Shown here: piece by piece, positions 1 to 10,000 of the stretch
How positions within the stretch are numbered: position 1 is the first letter of the stretch
How the letters are laid out: each line of letters opens with the position of its first letter
Assembly (NCBI GenBank): GCA_937911635.1
Contig: CALDQI010000531.1
Coordinates: 1-39,830 of the forward strand
From: an uncultured Pseudomonadota bacterium
Lineage (GTDB): Bacteria > Myxococcota_A > UBA796
Reading direction: 5' to 3'
DNA: 39,830 nucleotides
The notes under the pieces: generated by a model
Told to the model about the DNA's origin: nothing
Database searches by the model: none
Seen by the model: the letters and a program-made list of their open reading frames with translations, nothing else
Made by a program: the position numbers and the translations under genes

Positions 1-211
1 CGGTGCTAAGGCTTCGCCAGGCAATTTCATTGGCAAGCGCCGAACAGGCAAACATCGCCACCCATAGCCAGCTCATGATCCGCCAGCCATTATTGGTCAG
101 CTTGACCTGCGATCCCATAATCGCGGCAAGCGGGTTACGCCCCATGGCACGCCCAACAGCAATTGCCGCCGCAAACATCAAAGTCAGGATTGTCGGTTTG
201 ATCTTAATGAA
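1..211 (-). other. Internal fragment of a YciB/IspZ-like intracellular septation membrane protein, in frame with the downstream-encoded LTD ORF; compositionally foreign
   Basis: Minus-strand translation gives FIKIKPTILTLMFAAAIAVGRAMGRNPLAAIMGSQVKLTNNGWRIMSWLWVAMFACSALANEIAWRSLST. By eye this aligns with the central part of E. coli YciB (FIKWKVTVIYALFAG...PL...W..L.W..FF..GLANIYIAF). Nt 1-180 are ~58% GC with GC-rich third codon positions, versus ~42% elsewhere. No YciB N-terminus is present and the ORF runs off the window edge. Confidence 0.5.
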
Positions 212-1336
212 CAATTCACCATCACAAGTTGTTTCAGCATCATTTGCAGCCCATGGTGTTGGAAAAGGAAGGATCGCAAAGTCACTGCCACTTTGATTCG
301 TGTCTTCTCCATTTGGAACTCGACCAATCGCTTCACCATCAGACGCCTTCGGAGCAAAAGAAGTTGGATTGGATCCATTATCGTCTTCCCACTCTCCGAT
401 CGTTCCACTAGCACCATATAAGACCGTGTCTATAGCTACTGAATTACAATCGACCAATCGTACACCATCAACACTCGAAGAACCATTGCCCAATCCAAGA
501 GACTCGACCAAATCTGGAGAATATCCCAAATCCAAAACGACCTCATCTTCTCCTATCAAATAATACCCTCCCGCTGGAATCACCGTACCATTGGGTATCG
601 TCGCTTTGGTACCAAAAGAGGAGGTTCCCCCCTCCAACATCCAGCCCGAAACATCAATCGATTCACTTGTTTTGTTATGCAACTCAACCCACTCGTGACC
701 ACTGTCTGAACCACCAGGATTATACAGCACCTCATTGATCACAACACCTGTCAAGATGATATTCTCACATGTATCTCCCCCACCAGAACTACTGATTATA
801 TTTTCTGCACCGGGTGAAGTATCAGAGGTCTCGACAAATTCACTACTGTCATTACTAATATCTGAACAATCTATCGATCTAGCCAAGGTATTTTCTTCTG
901 ATGGATCTGGAGCAAAGGGTCCAGTGGTATTGCCGAGGTCATCTGGAAGTCCATTTGTATTTGGAGAATCATACAACACCGTATCCATGACGGCACCTGA
1001 CGCATTCACAAGTCGAACACCATCTGTCGCACTTCCCCCATTTTGAAATGATGAACTGAATGTTCCGGGAGGAAGAAGTACGTATCCCCCCGCTGGGACT
1101 GTAGAACCTGATGGCATTGTATGCTTTTCTGAAAAGGTGGTACCACCCGCTTGAATCATCCATCCAGATACATCAATATCCTCTTCACCATTGTTACACA
1201 GTTCGAGCCACTCATTGCTACCATCTGCACCCGCAGGATCAATCAACACTTCATTGATCAACACTTCAGCATTGGCAACACTTGTCAAACCAAAGAACAC
1301 AATGGGAAGTATTGTGTTTCGTTTTTTGAACAACAT
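212..1336 (-). CDS. Secreted protein with two lamin-tail-domain (LTD) repeats; no stop codon seen, the frame stays open to nt 1 through the YciB-like fragment
   Basis: This ORF is absent from the supplied track because it has no stop inside the window. ATG at 1334-1336 with a GGAGG Shine-Dalgarno (SD) at 1343-1347. Signal peptide MLFKKRNTILPIVFFGLTSVANA. Two copies of the LTD pattern: INEVL.DP.G.D..EW.EL.N...ID.SGW ... DGVRLV...G...DTVLY ... SPGAEN / PTPWAAN. Confidence 0.8.
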
Positions 1337-1403
1337 TGAATTCCTCCATTCAATCAGAACTGCACATCTATTCGGGGTCTTATAGTCAATGTATATTCAT
1401 TCT

Positions 1404-2330
1404 CTATAGATGCAAAATTTGCAATACACGCTCTTTATCTGCCTGCAACTGCCTTTGAAGTTCACTCACACTCTCAAATCGCTTTTCTGCGCGAATTCGC
1501 TCCACAAACGCAATCGTCAATTCATCACCATAAATATCACGATTGAAATCAAAAATATGGGTCTCTATTTGAAACTTTCGACCACCAAATGTCGGTTGTG
1601 TACCCAAATTCACCATTCCATCCAACCACCGACCTCTGTTCACTTGAACTCGAACGGCATAGACGCCCTTTTCTGGAATCAGAGTCTCAGATGTCGAAAC
1701 ATTCGCAGTTGGAAAACCAATCTTTCGGCCTTCTCTCTTCCCAGAAACCACAATGCCTCGGATTTGATGAGGTCTGGTCAATAAATCAGCCGCTTCTTTG
1801 ACACCACCAGACTGAATCAGGGTGCGTATTCGAGAGGATGAAACAACCTCAGAGTTCTTTTTAAGTGCCGACACTTGAAGGACATTCAAGTCTGGAATAC
1901 TGTTTCGTAATGTTTCGACTGTGCCACCTCGAGCTTTTCCATATCGAAAATCATACCCTACTACAACAGATTGAGCGGACAGTCGATTGTGTAGTATCTC
2001 TCTGGCGAACCACTTCGGCGAATACCCTGCGAAGGTCAATGAAAATTCTTCCACGACAACACAATCCACACCAAACTGAAGAAGAGTCTCAACTTTTTCT
2101 TGCCAAGTATGAATACGCGGTGTCTGCAACTGTGGGGCAAGAAGGGTTCTTGGAGGTGGCTCAAATGTATATACACAAGACAATATGCCAACAGCTTTCG
2201 CCTCCGTGATTGTACGACTCAACAACTGTTGATGACCAAGATGTACACCATCAAAGTTGCCAATTGTCACGGCGCATGGTTTTCCTATTCGGGTCTGATA
2301 CGCACTCGAACCCGCTATGAGAGTCTTCAT
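1404..2330 (-). CDS. ribF: Bifunctional riboflavin kinase / FMN adenylyltransferase
   Basis: Motifs GNFDGVHLGHQ, SSSRIR and GFPTAN. I chose the start at MKTLIAG (ATG 2328-2330), which overlaps the upstream stop as TAATG. The longer 2426 start would overlap the upstream gene by 97 nt. Confidence 0.92.
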   Translation of the reverse strand: MKTLIAGSSAYQTRIGKPCAVTIGNFDGVHLGHQQLLSRTITEAKAVGILSCVYTFEPPPRTLLAPQLQTPRIHTWQEKVETLLQFGVDCVVVEEFSLTFAGYSPKWFAREILHNRLSAQSVVVGYDFRYGKARGGTVETLRNSIPDLNVLQVSALKKNSEVVSSSRIRTLIQSGGVKEAADLLTRPHQIRGIVVSGKREGRKIGFPTANVSTSETLIPEKGVYAVRVQVNRGRWLDGMVNLGTQPTFGGRKFQIETHIFDFNRDIYGDELTIAFVERIRAEKRFESVSELQRQLQADKERVLQILHL

Positions 2331-3493
2331 TAGACCGACCAAGCCTGATTCATTATTGTTGAAATACGGTCGGTATCCAGAGAAGGTCTCGCAAAAAAGA
2401 ATCCTTGCAATAAATGTACACCGCACTCTTGTAACGCAATCAATTCTTCTTCTACTTCTATTCCTTCTGCAACAATCATCGCATTTGTTGCATTGGCAAA
2501 GTCACACATCAGACTCACCAATCGACGTTTACGATCATCTGTGTGCACATTTCTAATTATCGACATGTCCATTTTGATGTATTTGGGACGCAAGTCGGCC
2601 AATACGGAAAGAGAAGCATACCCCGCACCCAAATCATCGATCGCAACTTCGTAGCCCATCGACTCGATTTGTTCCATCGTTTCTTCCCAGGATTCAATCT
2701 GCTGAAGCTTGGAACGCTCTGTAATTTCCAACACGATTCGACTAGACCACTCCTCCAGTTTTTTCAATCGGATGAGCAATGCTTCGCCACTGGACAATTC
2801 ATCCGGATGAATATTGAGGAAGAGCTTGATATCTGGAGACAAAATTTTGATCCAATCCCGAACCCGATCTGCTATCACTTCGGCCATCATACTGAGACGA
2901 TCGTATCGTTCTGCAGCCCGTATGATAGACAAAGGTCCATCAAATACTGGATGTGTACTACGGAGCAAGGCCTCAAACGCATACACTTCTCCTTTTCTAT
3001 CACCCGTACTCGAAATCAGTGGTTGGAGTGCAACTTGTATGAAATTGCCTTGCAAACATTCATCTAGAACCCGTTTCTCCTCTTCTTGAGAAGCCTTTTG
3101 CTGAACGCGTGCAATCTCGACCATTCTCAGCTTGGTATTTAAGGCATCATCGACAGCGGCGATCAAGCGATCGTGCTTGAATGGTTTTTCCACAAATCGA
3201 GCCACTTCTCCAGTGTTGACCGCTTGCACTGCCAAATCTAGATCCAACATCCCCGTCACCAAGATCCGAACACAACCCGGTTGATTTTCACGAAGATGAT
3301 GCAAGATTTCTAGACCATCCATGACTGGCAAATGATAATCCACCAGTGCCAAATCAAACTCCATTTTACGCATGGCTTCCAGCGCTTCTTGTCCACTGTA
3401 GAACTGATGAACTTCGTGCCCATATTTGCTCAAGACCCGATCGATCTGACGACAAATTAATGGTTCGTCATCCACTGTTAAAATTCTTGCCAT
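2330..3493 (-). CDS. Response-regulator receiver + EAL domain protein (c-di-GMP phosphodiesterase)
   Basis: Canonical REC residues (VDDEP, LALVDYHLP, VTG, EKPF). EAL-domain motifs FEALLR, NIHPDEL, EITE, DDLGAGYASL, KMD, AEGIE, QGFFFARP. Confidence 0.88.
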   Translation of the reverse strand: MARILTVDDEPLICRQIDRVLSKYGHEVHQFYSGQEALEAMRKMEFDLALVDYHLPVMDGLEILHHLRENQPGCVRILVTGMLDLDLAVQAVNTGEVARFVEKPFKHDRLIAAVDDALNTKLRMVEIARVQQKASQEEEKRVLDECLQGNFIQVALQPLISSTGDRKGEVYAFEALLRSTHPVFDGPLSIIRAAERYDRLSMMAEVIADRVRDWIKILSPDIKLFLNIHPDELSSGEALLIRLKKLEEWSSRIVLEITERSKLQQIESWEETMEQIESMGYEVAIDDLGAGYASLSVLADLRPKYIKMDMSIIRNVHTDDRKRRLVSLMCDFANATNAMIVAEGIEVEEELIALQECGVHLLQGFFFARPSLDTDRISTIMNQAWSV

Positions 3494-3661
3494 TGAAATC
3501 CCTTATGTTGGTGAATTCATTTTATTGTATTTGCGACATAGTTGCACATTTATAAACCCATATCCAGATTTATAGACGAATCGGTGAAATATACGTGTTA
3601 TGGATTGCACGTCTATGACAGTATGATAATTTGTCCATGCCATCAACATTTGGAGTGAAAG

Positions 3662-4864
3662 ATGAAGGTTCTCTTAGCAGATAAATTAGCGCCCATCGTA
3701 GAAGAATATCTCATAGAAAATGCCCATGAAGTACACAGTGACCCTTCTTTAAAAGATGATCCTCTAGTGACAGCACTAAAAGCATATGGGCCTGATATTC
3801 TCGTTGTCCGCTCTACAAAAGTGCGGCAGGAGCATATTGATTCTTGTCCTTCTCTTGGCCTGATTATTCGAGCGGGTGCCGGTGTCAACACAATTGATCT
3901 GGATTCAGCCTCTGGACGAGGAATATTTGTAGCCAATTGCCCAGGTAGAAATGCCATCGCGGTTGCAGAACTTGTGATGGGACACATTTTAAACTGGGAT
4001 CGTCACATCTGCGAAAATATCATCGACTTTAGAAATGGGGTGTGGAACAAAAAATCCTACAGTAAGTCCACAGGACTCTTCGGGCAAACTCTAGCCATCT
4101 GTGGTATGGGTTCTATAGGAACGGCTGTGGTAGAAAGAGCCAAAGGGTTTGGACTTCGAATCAAAGCCTGGAGTCGTTCGCTCACGCCAGACGCGGCAGA
4201 CCTTCTCGGTATTGAATATTGTTCAACCCCACTGGAAGCCGCCACGGACTCCGACATTCTAAGTGTACATCTACCGGCAGTCCCAGCGACCAAAAACTTT
4301 GTCAACTCCGAACTTCTCAACGCTATGAATGACGGTGGATTTGTCATCAACACCTCACGAAACTCCTTGCTTAATGAAAGGGACCTTTTATCAGCCATCG
4401 AAACAAAAGGATTGAAAGCTGGTCTAGATGTATTCGACAATGAACCAGCCAGCTCTGATATCTCGGTTGAATCTCAATTGTGCTCCAACCCCAATATTTA
4501 CGTTACACACCACATTGGAGCCAGTACAGAGCAAGCAACGACATCCGTAGCTGAAGCCGTCATCGAAATTATTGATACTTGGAACACGACTGGAGAAGTA
4601 CTCAACTGTGTCAATCTCAAACAAACGCAAACTTCGGCATGCTGCCTGTCTGTTAGACATGCCGACAAAGTAGGCGTTCTAGCCGGTATCTTGGATAGCT
4701 TAAAATCGGAAGGTCACAACATCCAAGAGATGGAGAACATCATTTTCAAAGGTGGAGCGGCAGCTTGCGCTCGTATTTTCCTAGTTGGCATCCCTTCTGA
4801 CGCTCTAATCTCATCCTTAGAGTCCAATACCAACATCTTTGCCTGTTCAGTCACAACCATTTGA
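3662..4864 (+). CDS. serA: D-3-phosphoglycerate dehydrogenase with C-terminal ACT domain
   Basis: GGAG SD upstream of the ATG. 2-hydroxyacid dehydrogenase motifs GMGSIGTAV, RSL...D and HIGAST. ACT-like tail VRHADKVGVLAGILDSL. Lies adjacent to serC. Confidence 0.9.
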   Translation: MKVLLADKLAPIVEEYLIENAHEVHSDPSLKDDPLVTALKAYGPDILVVRSTKVRQEHIDSCPSLGLIIRAGAGVNTIDLDSASGRGIFVANCPGRNAIAVAELVMGHILNWDRHICENIIDFRNGVWNKKSYSKSTGLFGQTLAICGMGSIGTAVVERAKGFGLRIKAWSRSLTPDAADLLGIEYCSTPLEAATDSDILSVHLPAVPATKNFVNSELLNAMNDGGFVINTSRNSLLNERDLLSAIETKGLKAGLDVFDNEPASSDISVESQLCSNPNIYVTHHIGASTEQATTSVAEAVIEIIDTWNTTGEVLNCVNLKQTQTSACCLSVRHADKVGVLAGILDSLKSEGHNIQEMENIIFKGGAAACARIFLVGIPSDALISSLESNTNIFACSVTTI

Positions 4865-4915
4865 TTCCTACACCATTCAAACACACCAACACAATTATTG
4901 TTTCGGAGATTCATC

Positions 4916-6019
4916 ATGTCTACACGCGCCCATAACTTCTCGGCTGGACCAGCAGTCTTACCTCTAGAGGTCATTGAAGAATTGCAGCAAGCATTGCCAA
5001 ATTATAACGGTATCGGGCTGGGTTTGATGGAAATGTCTCACCGTTCAAAAGACTTTGATGACATCATCCATTCAGCCATTTCTAGATTGCGGTCACTGTT
5101 GAATATTCCCGCAGACTATGAAGTACTGTTGCTACAAGGCGGCGCTAGTCTTCAATTTTACATGACAGCACTCAACCTCTTAGGACCTGAAGACACCGGT
5201 GCATACATCAATACAGGTACATGGTCAACAAAAGCGATCAAAGAAGCCAAGCGCTGCGCCAATGTAGACACCCTTTGGTCTCCGAATGATGGGGTGTTCA
5301 ATCGCGTTCCAAGTTCGAAAGAGTACACGGTTTCCGAGACTGCTCAGTTTCTTCACTACACATCCAACAACACCATCTACGGTACGCAGTTCAGAACAGC
5401 TCCCGATGCTGATGTACCGCTTATCGGTGACTACTCTAGTGACATTGCCTCTGCTCCCTTGGATATTTCTAAACATGGTGTCATTTATGCTGGAGCACAA
5501 AAGAACCTTGGTCCCAGCGGTGTAACTGCGGTGATTCTATCTCCATGGGCGGTAGAGCGCAGCAAACAAGTCGACACGCTCCGTTCCGGTGGTTTACCCT
5601 CAATGTTGAACTATGCCTTGATGGTTGAGAAAAACTCGATGTTCAATACTCCCAACACTTTTGGCATCTTTGCGTTGGATAGAATGCTCGCTTGGTTGGA
5701 GCGTCAAGGTGGGGTCTCTGCGATTCACACACAAAATACAGCCAAGGCAAATCGTATTTATAACATCCTAGATGGCTCTGATTTTTGGCAGCCTCATGCA
5801 GAAGTCGCTAGTCGATCTATCATGAATGTGACATGGAAAATTCAGAACTCACAGCTGGAAAGCGTCTTCTTGCAAGAATCGGATGCTGCTGGTCTAAAAG
5901 GGCTAAAAGGACATCGTTCTGTGGGTGGTTTGAGAGCCAGTATTTACAATGCCTGCTCTCCAAACAGTGTAGAAGTACTCGCAGAGTTTATGCAAAACTT
6001 CGAACAGCGGCACGGATAA
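4916..6019 (+). CDS. serC: Phosphoserine aminotransferase
   Basis: NFSAGPAVLP N-terminus and the PLP-lysine motif GAQKNLGPSG. ATG at 4916 lies 6 nt after GGAGA (4905-4909). The TTG at 4898 is less likely. Confidence 0.92.
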   Translation: MSTRAHNFSAGPAVLPLEVIEELQQALPNYNGIGLGLMEMSHRSKDFDDIIHSAISRLRSLLNIPADYEVLLLQGGASLQFYMTALNLLGPEDTGAYINTGTWSTKAIKEAKRCANVDTLWSPNDGVFNRVPSSKEYTVSETAQFLHYTSNNTIYGTQFRTAPDADVPLIGDYSSDIASAPLDISKHGVIYAGAQKNLGPSGVTAVILSPWAVERSKQVDTLRSGGLPSMLNYALMVEKNSMFNTPNTFGIFALDRMLAWLERQGGVSAIHTQNTAKANRIYNILDGSDFWQPHAEVASRSIMNVTWKIQNSQLESVFLQESDAAGLKGLKGHRSVGGLRASIYNACSPNSVEVLAEFMQNFEQRHG

Positions 6020-6257
6020 ATCCAATCGCTACGGCTCGAGAATGCACTGGGATAACTGCCGCGGTAAGCCATCCTTGTGTGAGCGTTTTCTTGACGCTTC
6101 GATTTTTAATTGCACACCCTAGTAAGGCTCCGTGTGCCAGTAAATGCGTATGGATTTTGTGATTGTTCATGGCATGAAAATCGAGCAATAAACGTTCTTT
6201 ATCGGCCAGAGATAAATTGGAGTCTCCAACTATCGACGCCCACTCTCTCAACGCCAT
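5988..6257 (-). CDS. Hypothetical 89-aa ORF filling the serC/MscS convergent spacer
   Basis: ORF only, with no recognisable motif. It overlaps the MscS stop by 10 nt and the serC 3' end by 32 nt. It may not be expressed. Confidence 0.25.
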   Translation of the reverse strand: MALREWASIVGDSNLSLADKERLLLDFHAMNNHKIHTHLLAHGALLGCAIKNRSVKKTLTQGWLTAAVIPVHSRAVAIGFIRAAVRSFA

Positions 6258-7069
6258 TCAATTTCTCCAGCAGTGCTGATCCCATGACGTTTAAAAGCCC
6301 TTTTCACACGGCGATGAACGTCTGAAGCAAACGCCGATTCATATCGATTGTCCATCACATACGCTTTGGCTGTCAAGATGATTGCAAATCGTTCGGCTCC
6401 ATCTGGGACGGCTCCTTCTTTCATGTGTACCACAACAGGCTTTTTCCAAAACATATATCGACTCGCCACAACCGATTCACGGATCACACGCTCGGCCAAC
6501 GCGAAGTCTTCATTGCAGCCGATGAAGAATTGAAATACACACATCTGATCCAAATTTCCAGCATTCGCACACGATACAACGGAACCCAGAAACTGATTGT
6601 TGGGAATGGAAATCAAATTGTCATCCAAATCAACAACTCTAACAGATCGAAGTCCGATTTCTATCACTTCTCCATAATGACCGTTAAATGTGATCCGATC
6701 CCCGACTTGAAAGGGTCTATCGATCAGTAAGGTTAGTCCAGCCATCAATGACGCAAACAAGTCTTTTGACGCCCAAGAAAGACCAAATGCCATCAACCCA
6801 ATAAAGAGGGACATACTATCTTGAGAAACTGCTAGCAGCTTGGATGCAGCAAAGAATCCGCCGATAAACAACAGTATAAACTGTAAAAATACCGACACTT
6901 GTTTCGACAACAACCGATAGCGAGTGTTTGATTCAGCAAAACGATCTAAAAATCGTTTGGTCACTCGAATGGATACATAGGTCAAAATAGCAATGATGAA
7001 TGCAGGAAACAGACCTGACACATCAATAAACTTCACGATATCAAGATTGGATAGTAAAGCCAGTTCCAT
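6248..7069 (-). CDS. Small-conductance mechanosensitive channel, MscS family (273 aa)
   Basis: Three N-terminal TM helices, then the MscS beta-domain signature LLIDRPFQVGDRITFNGHYGEVIEIGLRSVRVVDLDDNLISIPNNQF. The ATG lies 2 nt after the upstream stop (TAAcgATG), with GGAG at 7075-7078. Confidence 0.88.
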   Translation of the reverse strand: MELALLSNLDIVKFIDVSGLFPAFIIAILTYVSIRVTKRFLDRFAESNTRYRLLSKQVSVFLQFILLFIGGFFAASKLLAVSQDSMSLFIGLMAFGLSWASKDLFASLMAGLTLLIDRPFQVGDRITFNGHYGEVIEIGLRSVRVVDLDDNLISIPNNQFLGSVVSCANAGNLDQMCVFQFFIGCNEDFALAERVIRESVVASRYMFWKKPVVVHMKEGAVPDGAERFAIILTAKAYVMDNRYESAFASDVHRRVKRAFKRHGISTAGEIEWR

Positions 7070-7071
7070 CG

Positions 7072-10000
7072 TTACTCCCTATCTCTCAATCCAATAAATC
7101 TCTTCTGTGCCAAATTCGCTTCCACCCAAGGAAACCATATGAGATCAATCTGATAATGCTGCTCATTGAAACGCAACAATGATGACGCAACCAATTGTCG
7201 ACAAATCGAAACGACTAAATTTTGGGGCATTTGAAGAGAATTACACAACTCATCAAGAGTACAGCGATTGTGCATTAATACACAGGCGAGTACAAATCCG
7301 GCGCCATCATCCAGCTGATTCAATATTTCTGCCTGTCTCAACGAGAACATCCGAATGGCCACGGTATCTTCTACGTCTGTCCGGACTGCACACTGCTTAA
7401 ACAACTGCAGAGACGTCGACGGATTGCCTTTTGTTGAGTCCGTTAGCAATCGCCAAAAGGCCATCTCTGCCCTATGTACTGCTTGTGGGTTGTTTAAGGT
7501 TGTCAGCTTTGAAAAGTCCAATGAAAGATTTCTTTGACGAATCATATTGACGATGGCCGAGCGAACTTCTAAGACAGACCACGGTTTCAAAGTGTATCGA
7601 TACCGAAAAAAGTCTGTGCGAATAGGGGTCGACGGAGAATCCCAAAAGGTCCAGGTCGGTTGATGACAAGATACAATCCAGCAATGGGAAGTGCTGGTGG
7701 CTTGAATGATTGAAAAAAGCTGATTGATGACTTCAAACCCTTGTACGTCACGCAAAAATATCCGCTGAATATCATCAATACCAATTATTGAATTTGGAAT
7801 TTGAGCGATCGATGTACACACTTCAGCCAAGGATTCTTGTCTCGGGATCTTCAATCCATCACACAGCCAATCCCCAAGTTTTTTCACAGTCCAATTTCCA
7901 TCTCGAACAATATCTTCCACTTTCAAGAGATGTGTAGGAATCTCAGATTGACTCATCACCAGTCTGAGAACACTGGATTTCCCCATTCCCTCATCGGCAA
8001 TTAGACACATCGCACCAGAAACACCCTTTGACTCTGTGACCATTGTTTGAAGATCGTTTTGAATTTTTTCGACACAGGGCAATAACAATGTGTTCCACCC
8101 TAAATCCCACTCCTTTGAATAAAAGGATTCTTTATCCTCTTGGACTGTGCTTTCAATCGTATTCTTGGCAAGTGTAGACCCAAAAATCGAAGAGTGTTCC
8201 ACCAACCAAAACAAGACTTTACTGACGATATCCACCAACAAGATACTCATAGCCAATAGGGATCGGATCCGACGTCCAAAAAACCTCGCTGAAAATTGGT
8301 TCATCCATTCTTTCAACCTCTGCAATCCTATGACCTTTGTTGCAGATTCATACAACAGATCATACCATACACCTAGCTGAACCATTGCCCAAACTACCAG
8401 TGCAATCCATTGAATTGTTTCTACAATTTGAACACTCTGAAAAACATACAAAACGTTGACAAACGTGTCAATCAGTACATTCAACCCAAAATAAATCCAA
8501 ACAAATGCTGTGAGTCCTCTCCTCAACGGTCTTCGAATATGTTCTTCGGAAATCCAATATTCCGTTACGGGTGCACACAATCGCGTAAACATCCACAACA
8601 ACAATACCGATCCAAATACTTCTATCCAGCCTTCATTCAGGTATTGAACCAATATACAAGCCGAAAAGGCAAAAAACAAGGGTTGTACTATCGATGTGGC
8701 CTGTGTTCCTTGATTGCTTCTCAAAGGTCCGTCCCACGCATTAAAATCAACCTCATCAAACATCTTTGGACGATCTTGTTCTTCCAGCCATTGTCTAAAC
8801 AGAGTCCACCAACCTTCTACTCGCCTTCCTATCCAAAACCAGGTCAACCCAACCATCAACCAACGCAGTATGGTACCAATCAATCCAAATAGCGTATTGA
8901 TATCTGTCCATATATCCTTGATGCGATCGAGATTTAACGGAAGTGTTTCAGTTAAATACTGCCATTCAAAAGCGATATCGAACCAAAACTGGACATTCTC
9001 CTCTTCAAAATATCCAACCCACTCTTGCCGCTGATGCACTTGAATCCACAATCGCAACATCTCATCAATTTCTGTTTCGATATGTCTCTCTGTATCTGTT
9101 TGAACCTGACTTATCGATTCCAATACGGATTCCACTTCTTCATGTTTAATGGTGGATTCTATCAATGACGTCTGCTCAATCGATTCAAGACTGCCAATAT
9201 CTGATTGTAAATCCCATTGTAATTGATGAATCTGCTGTTGTAGATTTAACAATACAGATCTTCTAGAAGAATCTAATGGAGGCAGTCTTTCCCATGCAGT
9301 AAACTCTTCTTCCCATCGTTGAATTCGAATTTTAACATCGGAGATACTAGATTGAATCACCTGATGTCGCTCAGATTCTTTACCCAGCATTTCTGTTTCG
9401 ATTTCCCTCAAACGGACAATCTCTGATTGTACGTTTGCTTCTTCAATGCTGCGATCCTGTTCCAATTCTTTGAGCCGAGCCTCATCAAGATCTTCCTGAG
9501 CACGCAAAAGTTGAGTCCCCAACTGGATACCATTCAAACTGTTTTGATGCCGCTGTAAAACCTCTAGTTTATATTGAATAATTTCGGTTTGTACATCTTC
9601 ATTGTCAGCCGAAACATTTTGTTTTTGAATAACCAACGATTGAATCTCTTGTTCTGTCTTTTCAATATCCCAACCAAATATATCTGTCTGCCAGTTTTGT
9701 TTTATCTGTTGAAACTCCTCCATTAACTGCGCTCTATCCTTTTCCATCAGACTGTTCTGAATGCGCTCTACTTCATCGGTGATATTTTTTGTCAAAATTG
9801 GATCTACAATGACCAACTGCAACAGTGTCATCCTGTCATATCGACCTTCAGAATGAATCGAATCTTCTGGTTTCTCGGCTAAAACAGCTCTCGCTAGACT
9901 GTCGAAATCAGACTTTCCTCCGGCTGAGTAATTGACAATCACTCTACGTAAATGGACAATCTTTTGATGCTCTTGCACAATTTTCGAAACCAATACTTGT

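Noticed and set aside
150-300. Mobile-element insertion or integration site as the explanation for the junction at ~211.
   Set aside because: No integrase or transposase, no tRNA, and no terminal inverted or direct repeats are visible. The foreign part is an internal fragment of a housekeeping membrane protein, which fits a chimeric join better.
6082-6107. Rho-independent terminator after serC (AGCGT tttcttg ACGCT tcgaTTTTT).
   Set aside because: The stem is only 5-6 bp and 4 nt separate it from the T-run. It is too weak to call as a feature.
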